DNA of 64,000 nt from Nannocystis bainbridge (GCF_028368995.1 NZ_JAQNDL010000003.1:192001-256000), one strand, 5' to 3'; counted from the first letter of the stretch, positions 40,536 through 49,100 are shown. Translations and numbers: made by a program. The notes: a model not told the origin generated them from the letters alone.

Positions 40536-41924
40536 ATGACACGCTCTGGAATCGTCGCTCACCTGATGCGGCGCACCGCCCCCGGGCCGCGCGGCGGCCT
40601 CGTCCTCGGCAACCTCGCGGAGGTCGCCCAGGGCCGCATGTTCGAGCTCCTGCAGCATATGTGGCGGGCCCACGGCGACATCAGCTGCGCCCGGGTCGGC
40701 ACTCGACTGGTGTATCTCGTGGTCCACCCCGACCAGATCCAGCATGTGCTCGTGACGCGCCGGGAGAACTACACCAAGGCGTCGCACCGCGCCCGGCCGC
40801 TCATCGGCGACGGCCTGCCGGCCAGCAACGGCGAGCTGTGGGCCCGCCAGCGCAAGCTGCTGACCCCGCGGTTCCAGGTCGGCGCCCTGCCACAATTCGC
40901 CCCGCCGCTGCGCGGCGCCATGGAGCGCCAGCTCGGCCGCTGGCAGCAGGCGGCCGCCCGCGGCGACGAGCTCGACCTCGCCGACGAAATGATCGCCCTC
41001 ACCCTCGACGCGATCCTCGGCTCGCTGCTCGGCGAACGGCTCGACGACGAGGAGGCGCGGCTGCGCGCCGCCATCCGCGACGCCGTCGAGTTCGTCGCCG
41101 CCAGCAGCCAGCTGTTCCGCATCCCGCTGTCGTGGCCGACCCGGCGCAATCAACGTTTCCTGGCCGCCCTCGCGGTGATCGACGATTTCATCCTGCAGGC
41201 AATCGCGGCCCACCGGGACCGCCCCGCCGACGATCCTGACCTCCTCACATTCCTGCTCCGCCACGTCTCCGCCGATCCGCAAGCGCCCGACGCGGCGCGG
41301 CTGGTGCGCGACGAGGCGGTCAGCCTGCTGCTCGGCGGCCACGAATCGACCGCGCAGGCGCTGACATGGTTGCTTTATTGCCTCGACCTCCACCCGGAGG
41401 CCAGGGCGCGGGTGATGAGCGAGGTCGATACATTCGGCGACGCCCTGCCGACGGTCGCCGACCGCCAGCGCTTCCCGTTCCTCGCCGCCGCGGTGCAGGA
41501 GGCGCTGCGCCTGTACCCGCCGTTCTGGGCGTTCCCGCGCCACGTCGCCGCGGACGACGAGCTGGGCGGCTACCTCGTGCCCGCCGGCGCGACGGTGATG
41601 CTGTGCCCGTACCTCACGCACCGCCACCCGGCCCTGTGGGACGCGCCCGAGCGCTTCCAGCCCGAGCGCTTCCTCGGCGGCGTGGCCCAGGGCCGGGCGC
41701 GGGCCGCCTATCTGCCGTTCGGCTACGGCCCGCGGACCTGCATCGGCAACCACATGGCGACCACCGAGATCGTGCTGGCCACGGCGGCGATCCTGCGCCG
41801 CTTCACCGTCGAGCGCGTCCACCACGCCCCGGTCGCCCCGGAATTCTCGACGACCCTGCGACCGCGCGGCGGGATTCGCGTCAAGCTGACGTCCCGTCAG
41901 GGCGCCAGCGCCAGCTCCAGCTGA
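40536..41924 (+). CDS. Cytochrome P450
   Basis: GGHEST (I helix), EALR (ExxR), PERF and FGYGPRTCIG heme ligand. The start could alternatively be 40512 or 40566. Confidence 0.95.
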   Translation: MTRSGIVAHLMRRTAPGPRGGLVLGNLAEVAQGRMFELLQHMWRAHGDISCARVGTRLVYLVVHPDQIQHVLVTRRENYTKASHRARPLIGDGLPASNGELWARQRKLLTPRFQVGALPQFAPPLRGAMERQLGRWQQAAARGDELDLADEMIALTLDAILGSLLGERLDDEEARLRAAIRDAVEFVAASSQLFRIPLSWPTRRNQRFLAALAVIDDFILQAIAAHRDRPADDPDLLTFLLRHVSADPQAPDAARLVRDEAVSLLLGGHESTAQALTWLLYCLDLHPEARARVMSEVDTFGDALPTVADRQRFPFLAAAVQEALRLYPPFWAFPRHVAADDELGGYLVPAGATVMLCPYLTHRHPALWDAPERFQPERFLGGVAQGRARAAYLPFGYGPRTCIGNHMATTEIVLATAAILRRFTVERVHHAPVAPEFSTTLRPRGGIRVKLTSRQGASASSS

Positions 41925-42613
41925 TCGAGAACATTGATACGATCGACCTGTGGCCAATTGTTGCGTCGTGCGATTGCCGACAGGGGCGGCCCCGCCTCGA
42001 ACACCAGGGGCCGACCGACGGCGGCGAGCACCTCGCAGTCGCCGGGGCCATTGCCCAGCGCGAGCGACCGTGACAGCCCGGCGCCGCGGGCCGCCGCGAA
42101 TGTACGTAACAATGTCAACTTGCCCCCGCGCGCCCCGGGCATGCTGTAGCATTGACCAGTGTAGCGACCGGCGTCGACCGTGAATCGCGAACCATCACAG
42201 TCGGTTACGCCCAGGTCCGCGGCCAGCAGCGCGACGATCTCGTGGGGACTGGACGACACGATATAGGGAGTTACCCCGACCTGCTCGAGCCGCGCGATCA
42301 GCGGGCGCACGAAGGCGAACAATTCACCGCGCAGCCGCTGCCACGTCGCTCGCGCCAGAGCCTCCAGCGCGGCCTGCTCCGCGCCCGCCAGCGCCGCCGC
42401 GTAGGCCGCGGTGCTGCGGGTCACCATCTCCGGGAAATCGATGGATCCAGCCCGATGCTGGCCGACCGCGGTCATCACCGCCGCCATCGCGTCGGCCCGC
42501 CCGAGCCCGTAGCGGCCCATGTCGTCGAGCAGCGCGAGCCCGATCGACCGCGGGTGCATCGTACCGTCGACATCGAGGATCGCCACGCGCCCCGCGGGTT
42601 CGTCGTACGTCAT
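41897..42613 (-). CDS. HAD-superfamily (IB-like) phosphatase
   Basis: ILDVDGT motif I, IVSSS motif II, GK motif III and GNGPGD motif IV; 3' end overlaps the P450 3' end by 28 bp. Confidence 0.88.
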   Translation of the reverse strand: MTYDEPAGRVAILDVDGTMHPRSIGLALLDDMGRYGLGRADAMAAVMTAVGQHRAGSIDFPEMVTRSTAAYAAALAGAEQAALEALARATWQRLRGELFAFVRPLIARLEQVGVTPYIVSSSPHEIVALLAADLGVTDCDGSRFTVDAGRYTGQCYSMPGARGGKLTLLRTFAAARGAGLSRSLALGNGPGDCEVLAAVGRPLVFEAGPPLSAIARRNNWPQVDRINVLDQLELALAP

Positions 42614-42740
42614 GCCGCGATCATAGCGGAGCGGCGACGCATGCTCCAGACCCCAGACACGCGGGCCGCCGGATAATTCGTCGGTCCGCGCGATGGTCGT
42701 TGATCGTAACCAATAATTCGAGTAGCTCTGATCAAAGGTC

Positions 42741-44381
42741 ATGCTCACCGGAATTGGCGTGCTCGAACAGATCGAGCCGGCGCTAGAGCGCGCCGTGCAA
42801 TTCATGCTCGATCATCGCTTGCCCGACGGGCGCCTCGCGGCCGGCTGCGCCGGGCGGGCCCTGGAGAGCGCCCTGGCGTTGCACCTGCTGCGCACCTGCG
42901 GCCACGGGCCGGCGCTCCAGGCCGAGATCGCGGGCTTCTGCCGGCGCTGGCTGGCCGATGACGACGATGAGTCGAGTCATGCCAGTCGGCTCGACCGCAC
43001 GCTTTCGCGCATCCTCTGCGAGCTGGTGGTGCACGGCCGGCTCGGCGCCGAGGGCCTGGTCGCGCTCCAGCAGACCCTGGCCGCCTTCGATCACCCCACG
43101 CTTTGGCGCAAACGCGTGCTGGTCGAGGTGCTGCTGGTCGAACTCGGGGCACTCCCTCCGGGTCCGGCCGTGTTGCCGCTCGCGGTCGTGCGCGCCGAGT
43201 CCTCGCATCTGTGGGTGACGATCCTGCTGGCATCGATTCGCGTGCTCCAGCTGTGCCAGTCGGGCCGCGCCGACGAGGTCGGCGACGCCGAGCTGGCGCC
43301 GATCCTCGGCGCCCAGGCGACCGACGGCAGCTGGGAGCAGCACGTGCTCGTCACCATCGTCGCCCTGCTGGCGCTGACCCGCCTCGGCCGCGCCGCGCCG
43401 CACCGCGCCCTCGGCCTCAATTTCATCGCCGGCCAGCTGCGGCCCGGCGGCGGCGTCCCGTTCATCACCAACGAAGACGTCTGGGTCACCTGCCTCGCCG
43501 GGCTCGTGCTGACCGAGGCGCGGCGGCCCGCGCACGAGCTGCAGCGGTGCGAACAATTCCTCGTATCACAGCAGCAGCCCGACGGCGGCTGGGCCTACGC
43601 CGAGGGCGTGTCGCAGACCGACGCCGACGACACCAGCATCACCCTGTCGCTGCTGGTCCGCCGCAATCCGGTGATTCATCGTCCCAGCATCCGCCGCGCG
43701 GTCGCCCACCTGCTCGCGCTGCAGAACAGCGACGGCGGGTTCCCCACGTTCGTGCGCGGCGCCGCCTCCGAGGCCGAGATCACCGCCAAGTCGATCACCG
43801 CCCTGCGCGCCAGCCACATGGCCCCGCCCGGGGTCCTCGAGGCCGCGTGGGCCTGGCTGGCCCGCGCCCAGCAGGCCAACGGAGGCTTCCGCGGCGAGTG
43901 GAAGCTGTGCGCCACCTACCCCGCCTTTCACGTGATCAACGCCGCCGCCGGCGAGCGCCACGGCAGCCACGGCGCCGACATCCGTCGCCGCTGCGTCGGC
44001 TTCCTCCGCGGGCTCCGCCGGCCCGACGGCGGCTGGCCGATCCACCCCGACGACGACCGCAGCCACGTGCTCAGCACCGCCTACGCCCTCGGCGGCCTCG
44101 CGGCCTGCCCCGGCAGCCTCACGTCCGGCGAGCTCTACGCCTCGGCCCAGGTCCTGCTGGCCGGGCAGGGCCGCAGCGGCGGCTTCACGGCCGAGGCCGA
44201 CTCGCTCGGCCCGCGCCCCTTCGTCTACGACGTCCCGCTGCTCGCCACGCTCTACAGCGTGTGGGCGCTGTCCCGCGTCCGCGACCAATTGTCCGGGCGC
44301 GCGCACGAGGTCCCGTTCGGCGCGCTCGCACCGCGGCTCTCGCTCCTCAGCCACGACCGCGCCTGGATCTCCACCACCTGA
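42741..44381 (+). CDS. Class II terpene cyclase (beta-gamma), drimenyl-diphosphate-synthase-like
   Basis: DADDT (DxDD) motif; QW repeats (QQPDGGW, QNSDGGF, QQANGGF, RPDGGW); RALESALAL, FDH...RKR and GPRPFVYDVP. Confidence 0.88.
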   Translation: MLTGIGVLEQIEPALERAVQFMLDHRLPDGRLAAGCAGRALESALALHLLRTCGHGPALQAEIAGFCRRWLADDDDESSHASRLDRTLSRILCELVVHGRLGAEGLVALQQTLAAFDHPTLWRKRVLVEVLLVELGALPPGPAVLPLAVVRAESSHLWVTILLASIRVLQLCQSGRADEVGDAELAPILGAQATDGSWEQHVLVTIVALLALTRLGRAAPHRALGLNFIAGQLRPGGGVPFITNEDVWVTCLAGLVLTEARRPAHELQRCEQFLVSQQQPDGGWAYAEGVSQTDADDTSITLSLLVRRNPVIHRPSIRRAVAHLLALQNSDGGFPTFVRGAASEAEITAKSITALRASHMAPPGVLEAAWAWLARAQQANGGFRGEWKLCATYPAFHVINAAAGERHGSHGADIRRRCVGFLRGLRRPDGGWPIHPDDDRSHVLSTAYALGGLAACPGSLTSGELYASAQVLLAGQGRSGGFTAEADSLGPRPFVYDVPLLATLYSVWALSRVRDQLSGRAHEVPFGALAPRLSLLSHDRAWISTT

Positions 44382-44536
44382 GGCCAATGCTTACAGTCCC
44401 GCAATCGTGTGGGATCGCCCCGTACTGACATGAATTGTCCGTCATGCAGGCCCGCTCGCCGTCACGCGGCGATCGGCGGCGACGTCGTATGCTCGAGTTT
44501 CGCCGGGCGTGTGCCAGCTTGAGATCCTGCTTCTCA

Positions 44537-45024
44537 TGTCTTCGCTTCGCCGTGAGGGCGCGCTGTGGGTCGTCGCCGACGTTTTCGAGGCCGACCTGCT
44601 GCAGGTCCGCTCGGGCACCTCGGTCAAGCTGCGCTTCCCCGCCGACCCGGAGCCGATCGCCGGCCGCGTCGTCGGCGTCGGCGGGCTGGTCGACGTCGGC
44701 CAGCGCCGCGCCCCCGTCTACATCGCGCTCACCGACGAGGCCGTCGCCTCGCGCAACCTCACCCCCGGCATGTTCGTGCGCGCCGACATCACCGGCCCCG
44801 TCGGCGTCGGCGTCACGCTGCCCAAGCAGGCCGTCCTGATCAAGGACACCGACACCGCGACCGCCTACTTCGAGGTCGAGCCCGGCACCTTCGAGGCCCG
44901 CCACGTGGTCCTCGGCCACACCTCCGGCGACCACGCGCAGATCGTCTCCGGGGTGAACCCCGGCGAGCGCGTGGCCGTGGCCGGCGCGCTGCTGATCGGT
45001 CAGCAGCTGGCGTCCCGGCCCTGA
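44537..45024 (+). pseudogene. 5'-truncated efflux RND periplasmic adaptor (CzcB/CusB-like), C-terminal half only
   Basis: LWVVADVFEADL, LTPGMFVRA, LPKQAV, FEARHVVLG and IVSGVNPGERVAVAGALL; no signal/hairpin half and no RND pump gene nearby. Confidence 0.75.
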
Positions 45025-45107
45025 GGCCTGTCCGTTCGGGCATGTCGCCGAGGACATGCCCGTTCGCGCATGCCCCTACGGACATGTCCTCAGCGACACG
45101 TCCGTCT
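45024..45107. repeat. Tandem array of 14-bp GGRCATGYCC-N4 units (6 units)
   Basis: aggcctgtccgttc/gggcatgtcgccga/ggacatgcccgttc/gcgcatgcccctac/ggacatgtcctcag/cgacacgtccgtct fills the gap between convergent genes. Confidence 0.85.
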
Positions 45108-45814
45108 CAAGGCGCGTCGTAGCGATCGTGGTGGCGCACCCACGCCATCGGTTCCGCCAGCCCCTCCTCCTGGCGACCGAGCGGCGTCAGGTCGAGCATG
45201 TGGTAGGTCCCCATCAGCACCTCGACGCCGCGGCCGTACGACGAATAGGTGTGATAGACGGCCTCGCCATCGCGCACGAACGCGCTGATGCCCGGCGCCT
45301 CGGGGTGCGGGAACGGCCTCGTCGCGTAGTTGTAATCGACCGCGGCCAGCTCGGCCGGCGCGAACGACACGTGAAAGTCGTAATTGAAGCGGCTGCCGGC
45401 CGACGACACCCACGGGAACGTCCAGCCCATGCGCGCGCGAAAAACCAGCAGCTTGGCCAGCGGCGCCCGCGAGACGGCCACGAACGCGGTGTCGCGGGCG
45501 GCCAGGTGGGCCACCGTGCCCGACAGATGATCGCCGATGAACGAGCAGCTCTTGCAGCCCGCCTCCCACGCCGGGTCGAACATGAAGTGATACACGACCA
45601 ATTGCTGCTTGCCGGCGAACAGCTCGACCAGGCTGCGCTCGCCGTCGGGCCCGGCGAACGCGTACGGGGTGTCGACGCGGACCCGCGGCAGCGCGCGGCG
45701 GGCCGCGCTCAGGGCGTCGCCCTCGCGGGTGTACGCCTTCTCGCGGGCCAGCAGCTCGCGGCGGGCCGCCAGCCAGACTTCGCGGCTCACGACATCAGTG
45801 TTCACGGGGTTCAT
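45107..45814 (-). CDS. DUF899 thioredoxin-fold protein
   Basis: SREVWLAARRELLAREK, LFAGKQQLVVYHFM, GCKSCS, VSRAP, FPWVSS, YHTYSSYGRG and LDLTPLGRQE...WVRHHDRY. Confidence 0.93.
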   Translation of the reverse strand: MNPVNTDVVSREVWLAARRELLAREKAYTREGDALSAARRALPRVRVDTPYAFAGPDGERSLVELFAGKQQLVVYHFMFDPAWEAGCKSCSFIGDHLSGTVAHLAARDTAFVAVSRAPLAKLLVFRARMGWTFPWVSSAGSRFNYDFHVSFAPAELAAVDYNYATRPFPHPEAPGISAFVRDGEAVYHTYSSYGRGVEVLMGTYHMLDLTPLGRQEEGLAEPMAWVRHHDRYDAP

Positions 45815-45956
45815 GACGTTCTTCCTTTCGCGGCTCGGACGAGGGTCGCAGCGCGGGCGAGCGGATCGCTCGCACCACCCACGGACTCAGGGCAGCGCCG
45901 AACCCGGTCGCGGTGGCGACGGTCAGCGCAATCGATTGCCAACAGGCGGGACACAT
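45795..45956 (-). CDS. Small MCPxC peptide with TM segment
   Basis: MCPACWQSIALTVATATGFGAALSPWVVRAIR...; its 3' end carries the AGGAAG RBS for DUF899 and overlaps it. Confidence 0.6.
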   Translation of the reverse strand: MCPACWQSIALTVATATGFGAALSPWVVRAIRSPALRPSSEPRKEERHEPREH

Positions 45957-46031
45957 GACGACTGTGTAAAACAACCCCGCCCGCGCCGCCCGTAACATTC
46001 ATGGCGCGACCGCCTCGCGCGGCCGGCCCCG

Positions 46032-46156
46032 GCCCTCGTGACAATCACCGCCCGACGCCCCGCGCCCTCGTGACATTGTCTCGCCCGCCCGCCCCGCGGC
46101 CCTCGTGACATTGTCCCGTCCGCTCCCGCCTTCACCGCCGCGGCCCTCGTGACATT
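46032..46156. promoter_or_regulatory. Four direct repeats GCCCTCGTGACAWT
   Basis: Copies start at 46032, 46064, 46099 and 46143 in the divergent promoter region. Confidence 0.8.
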
Positions 46157-46183
46157 TCCCGGCCGACGGCCCATCCTCGCCGC

Positions 46184-47389
46184 GTGTCCTCCCTCCTCGA
46201 CGCGGCTCGCGCGCTCGCCGGTGGCGACCCGCTGCGCGCCCTCGCCGGCGTCGGTCGCGACGACAGCGCGCGCGGCCTCACCCTGCGCGGCATCGCCTAC
46301 GCCCAACTCGGCGACCTCGAGCTCGCGCGCAGCGCCCTCGAGCTGGCGGTCACCCGCGCCGACGATCCGCTGCTCGTCGCTCGCGCCCGCGCCGCGCTCT
46401 GCGAGGTCGAGCTCGGCAGCGGCGCCCCGGCGGCCGCCGCCAGCGCCGCCCGGGCCGCCGCCGACGCCCTCGAGCGCCTCGGCGACTCCCGCAACGCCGC
46501 CATGCAGCGGCTCGTCCTGGCCCGCGCCGAGGTCCTGCTCGGCCGCCTCAACGAGGCCCGCCGCGTCGCCGGGGCCGTGCTCGCCCGCGACCTCGGCCCC
46601 GACCTGCGCGCCGTCGCCTCGCTCGTGCAGGCCGAGATCGCCGTGCGCGCGCTGGCCCCCACCGACGCCAGCGAAGCCCTCGCGCGCGCCCGCGAGGCCC
46701 TGACCCTCGCGCCCCATCAATTGCTCGCGCGCACCGTCGAGGCGCTGGAGCACGAGCTGGCCCGCCCGGTCGCCTCGGTCTGGCGCGCCGGCGCGACCTC
46801 CGAGGCCGACCTGTTCGCCATCCAGGCCCTCGCGCGCGGCCACGTGCTGCTCGTCGACGCCTGCCGCCGCCTCGTCCTCGCCGGCCGCGTCACCGTCCCG
46901 CTGGCCCGCCGCCCGGTGCTGTTCGCCCTCCTCCTCGAGCTCGCGCGCGCCTGGCCGGCCGCGCTCGCGCGCGACGAGCTGGCCGCCCGCGGCTTCGCCG
47001 TCCGCCGCGTCAACGACTCGCACCGGGCCCGCCTGCGCGTCGAGCTCGGCCGCCTGCGCAAGCTGATGGACGGCCTCGCCGCCGCGCCCACCGCCCGGGC
47101 CGACGGCTACGTGCTCGACTCGCAGCGCGAGGTCGTCATCCTGACGCCGCCGACCGACGACGAAACCGCCCGCCTCGGCCTGCTGCTCGGCGACGGCGCG
47201 GCGTGGTCGGCCCAGGCGCTGGCCGAGCACGCCGGCGTGTCGCGGCGGACCGCCCAGCGGGCCCTGCAATCGCTCGTCGAGCGCGGCGTCGTGGTCCGCA
47301 CCGGCAAAGGAAAAGACATCCGTTACACCCGCCCCGGCGCCCCGATCGCGTCACGGATGTTACTCCTCGGCCTCGTCCCGGCCGGCTAG
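46184..47389 (+). CDS. TPR-like + winged-helix/HTH transcriptional regulator
   Basis: AARALAGGDPLRAL...LRGIAYAQLGDL helical repeats; RPVLFALLLELA...RLRVELGRLRK wHTH; WSAQALA...SRRTAQRAL second HTH. Confidence 0.8.
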   Translation: MSSLLDAARALAGGDPLRALAGVGRDDSARGLTLRGIAYAQLGDLELARSALELAVTRADDPLLVARARAALCEVELGSGAPAAAASAARAAADALERLGDSRNAAMQRLVLARAEVLLGRLNEARRVAGAVLARDLGPDLRAVASLVQAEIAVRALAPTDASEALARAREALTLAPHQLLARTVEALEHELARPVASVWRAGATSEADLFAIQALARGHVLLVDACRRLVLAGRVTVPLARRPVLFALLLELARAWPAALARDELAARGFAVRRVNDSHRARLRVELGRLRKLMDGLAAAPTARADGYVLDSQREVVILTPPTDDETARLGLLLGDGAAWSAQALAEHAGVSRRTAQRALQSLVERGVVVRTGKGKDIRYTRPGAPIASRMLLLGLVPAG

Positions 47390-47413
47390 ACCTGCTGCAT
47401 GCGACAGGAAGTC

Positions 47414-48082
47414 ATGACCCGCGACAATCACGACACTCGCCACCACGCCGCCGAGATCGTGCGTGAGCACGTCCCGCTCGACGACGGCCAGATCCACGGC
47501 GTCACCTTCGACGGCAAAAAGGTGTGGTTCGCCCGCGACGGCGAACTCGTCGCCTTCGACCCGGCCGCGAACGCCGTCGTGCGCCGCTTCACCGTCCCCG
47601 GGGCCGACGCCGGCACCGCATTCGACGGCCAGCACCTCTATCAGCTGGCCAAGGGCGAGATCCTCGTCATCCGCCCGAGCGACGGACAAATTGTCAGGCG
47701 ATTGCCCGCCCCCGGCAAGGGCGAGGACAGCGGCATGGCCTGGGCCGACGGCTATTTGTGGATCGGTCAATGCTACGGGGCGCGGATCCACAAGGTCGAC
47801 GCCACCACCGGCGAGGTCGTGAAGACCCTGGCGTCGGACCGCTTCGTCACCGGCGTGACCTGCGTCGACGGCCAGCTGTGGCACGGCGCGGCCGCCGACG
47901 ACAAGCCCTGCGAGCTCCGTCGCCTCGGCCCCGACGGCGCGCCGGAAGAGGTCCTGGAGGTGCCTGTGGCCATGATCGCGGGGGTCGAGGCCGCCGGCGA
48001 AGCGGGCGCTTTCTGGTGTGCGGGCGAGCAAGGAAAGCTGCGCCTGGTCCGCCGCAAGTCCGAAGGCGACGCCGCCGTGTGA
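47414..48082 (+). CDS. Glutamine cyclotransferase-like/PQQ-type beta-propeller protein
   Basis: IHGVTFDG, AGTAFDG.HLYQ, DSGMAWADG.LWIGQ and RFVTGVT..DG.LWHG. Confidence 0.8.
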   Translation: MTRDNHDTRHHAAEIVREHVPLDDGQIHGVTFDGKKVWFARDGELVAFDPAANAVVRRFTVPGADAGTAFDGQHLYQLAKGEILVIRPSDGQIVRRLPAPGKGEDSGMAWADGYLWIGQCYGARIHKVDATTGEVVKTLASDRFVTGVTCVDGQLWHGAAADDKPCELRRLGPDGAPEEVLEVPVAMIAGVEAAGEAGAFWCAGEQGKLRLVRRKSEGDAAV

Positions 48083-48098
48083 AGTCACGGCAGATAAA

Positions 48099-48116
48099 TC
48101 AATTGCCCCCAATTGA
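48099..48116. promoter_or_regulatory. AT-rich inverted repeat, possible TF site
   Basis: TCAATTG-CCCC-CAATTGA upstream of the 48273 gene. Confidence 0.35.
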
Positions 48117-48272
48117 AATCTCGCATGATTCCCGGGTGTGTGTGGCGGGCCTGACAAGGTGCTACCGATTTCGGGCTTGTGAAGCCAGGCGCTGATCCGC
48201 AGCGCCGTCGGCGAACACTCATTCCATGGAACCCACGCCGCTCCGACTACGGGGCGAGACCATGGAGACATC

Positions 48273-49010
48273 ATGCGTAGAATCATCGCTACTACCATTC
48301 ACCGCCTCGTTATCGGCCTCGTGCTCGTCGCTGCCTGCGACGAAGGCATTATCGACTCCGGGCAGCACGCCACCCCCGCCTCGCTCGCTTGCGGCGGCGC
48401 CGTCGGCTTCGAATGCCCAGCCGGCCTCGAATGCATCGACCACAGCGGCGCCGCCTGCCACCCCGAGCAGGAGGGCTCCGATTGCTCCGGCATCTGCGAG
48501 CCGATCGATGGCCTCTGCGGCGGCTTCGCCGATGTCGCCTGCGACGAGGGCTGGATCTGCGTCGACCTCGCCGACGCCTGCGACCCCGCAATGGGCCACA
48601 GCGATTGCCTCGGCGGCTGCCGCCCGGCCCCGCAGGAGCCCGACCCGCGCCCCGAGCCCGATCCGCGCCCCGACCCGCGCCCCGAGCCCGACCCGCGCCC
48701 CGACCCGCGCCCCGAGCCCGAGCCGCGCCCCGAGCCCGAGCCCGAGCCGCTGCCCGAGGGCCTCTGCGGCGGCCCGACCCACGGCGAATGCGAGGAGGGC
48801 TGGGTCTGCCACGACCTCGCCGACGATTGCGTGCCCGCCCGCGGCGACAGCGATTGCCTCGGCGGCTGCCGGCCGCTCGAGGTCGACATCGAGCCCGCCC
48901 GCATCTACGTCAGCCACGACCGCGAGGAGTGCGCCGTGGTGCAGTTCGAGTGCGACCCGGACGAGCGCCAGTTCTTCGAGGAGTCCGGCTGCGGCTGCGA
49001 GAAGCTCTGA
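48273..49010 (+). CDS. Cys-rich lipoprotein with three CGG...C..GW.C.D...DC.G.C modules and PEPDPR linker
   Basis: Lipobox VAAC; GGAG RBS; internal 30-nt/12-nt tandem repeats. Confidence 0.82.
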   Translation: MRRIIATTIHRLVIGLVLVAACDEGIIDSGQHATPASLACGGAVGFECPAGLECIDHSGAACHPEQEGSDCSGICEPIDGLCGGFADVACDEGWICVDLADACDPAMGHSDCLGGCRPAPQEPDPRPEPDPRPDPRPEPDPRPDPRPEPEPRPEPEPEPLPEGLCGGPTHGECEEGWVCHDLADDCVPARGDSDCLGGCRPLEVDIEPARIYVSHDREECAVVQFECDPDERQFFEESGCGCEKL

Positions 49011-49039
49011 CCGGCGCGGCGGCCTCACGGCCGATGATC

Positions 49040-49063
49040 ACACATGTCTATTGGGACATGTAC
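49040..49063. repeat. 14-bp element copy (two phased CATG cores)
   Basis: ACATGTCT-ATTG-GGACATGT, CATG at 49043 and 49057; lies between convergent genes. Confidence 0.7.
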
Positions 49064-49100
49064 AATCATCGGCGAGTCTGCCCGCCCAGCCGACGACGGC

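Noticed and set aside
42741-44381. Squalene-hopene cyclase (shc) or hopanoid locus
   Set aside because: Shorter than a typical SHC, no hpn genes nearby, and the motifs fit the diphosphate-binding DMS-like clade better.
46032-46156. Possible mini-CRISPR array
   Set aside because: The repeat is only 14 nt, the spacers are uneven, low-complexity and C-rich, and there are no cas genes; it fits operator repeats better.
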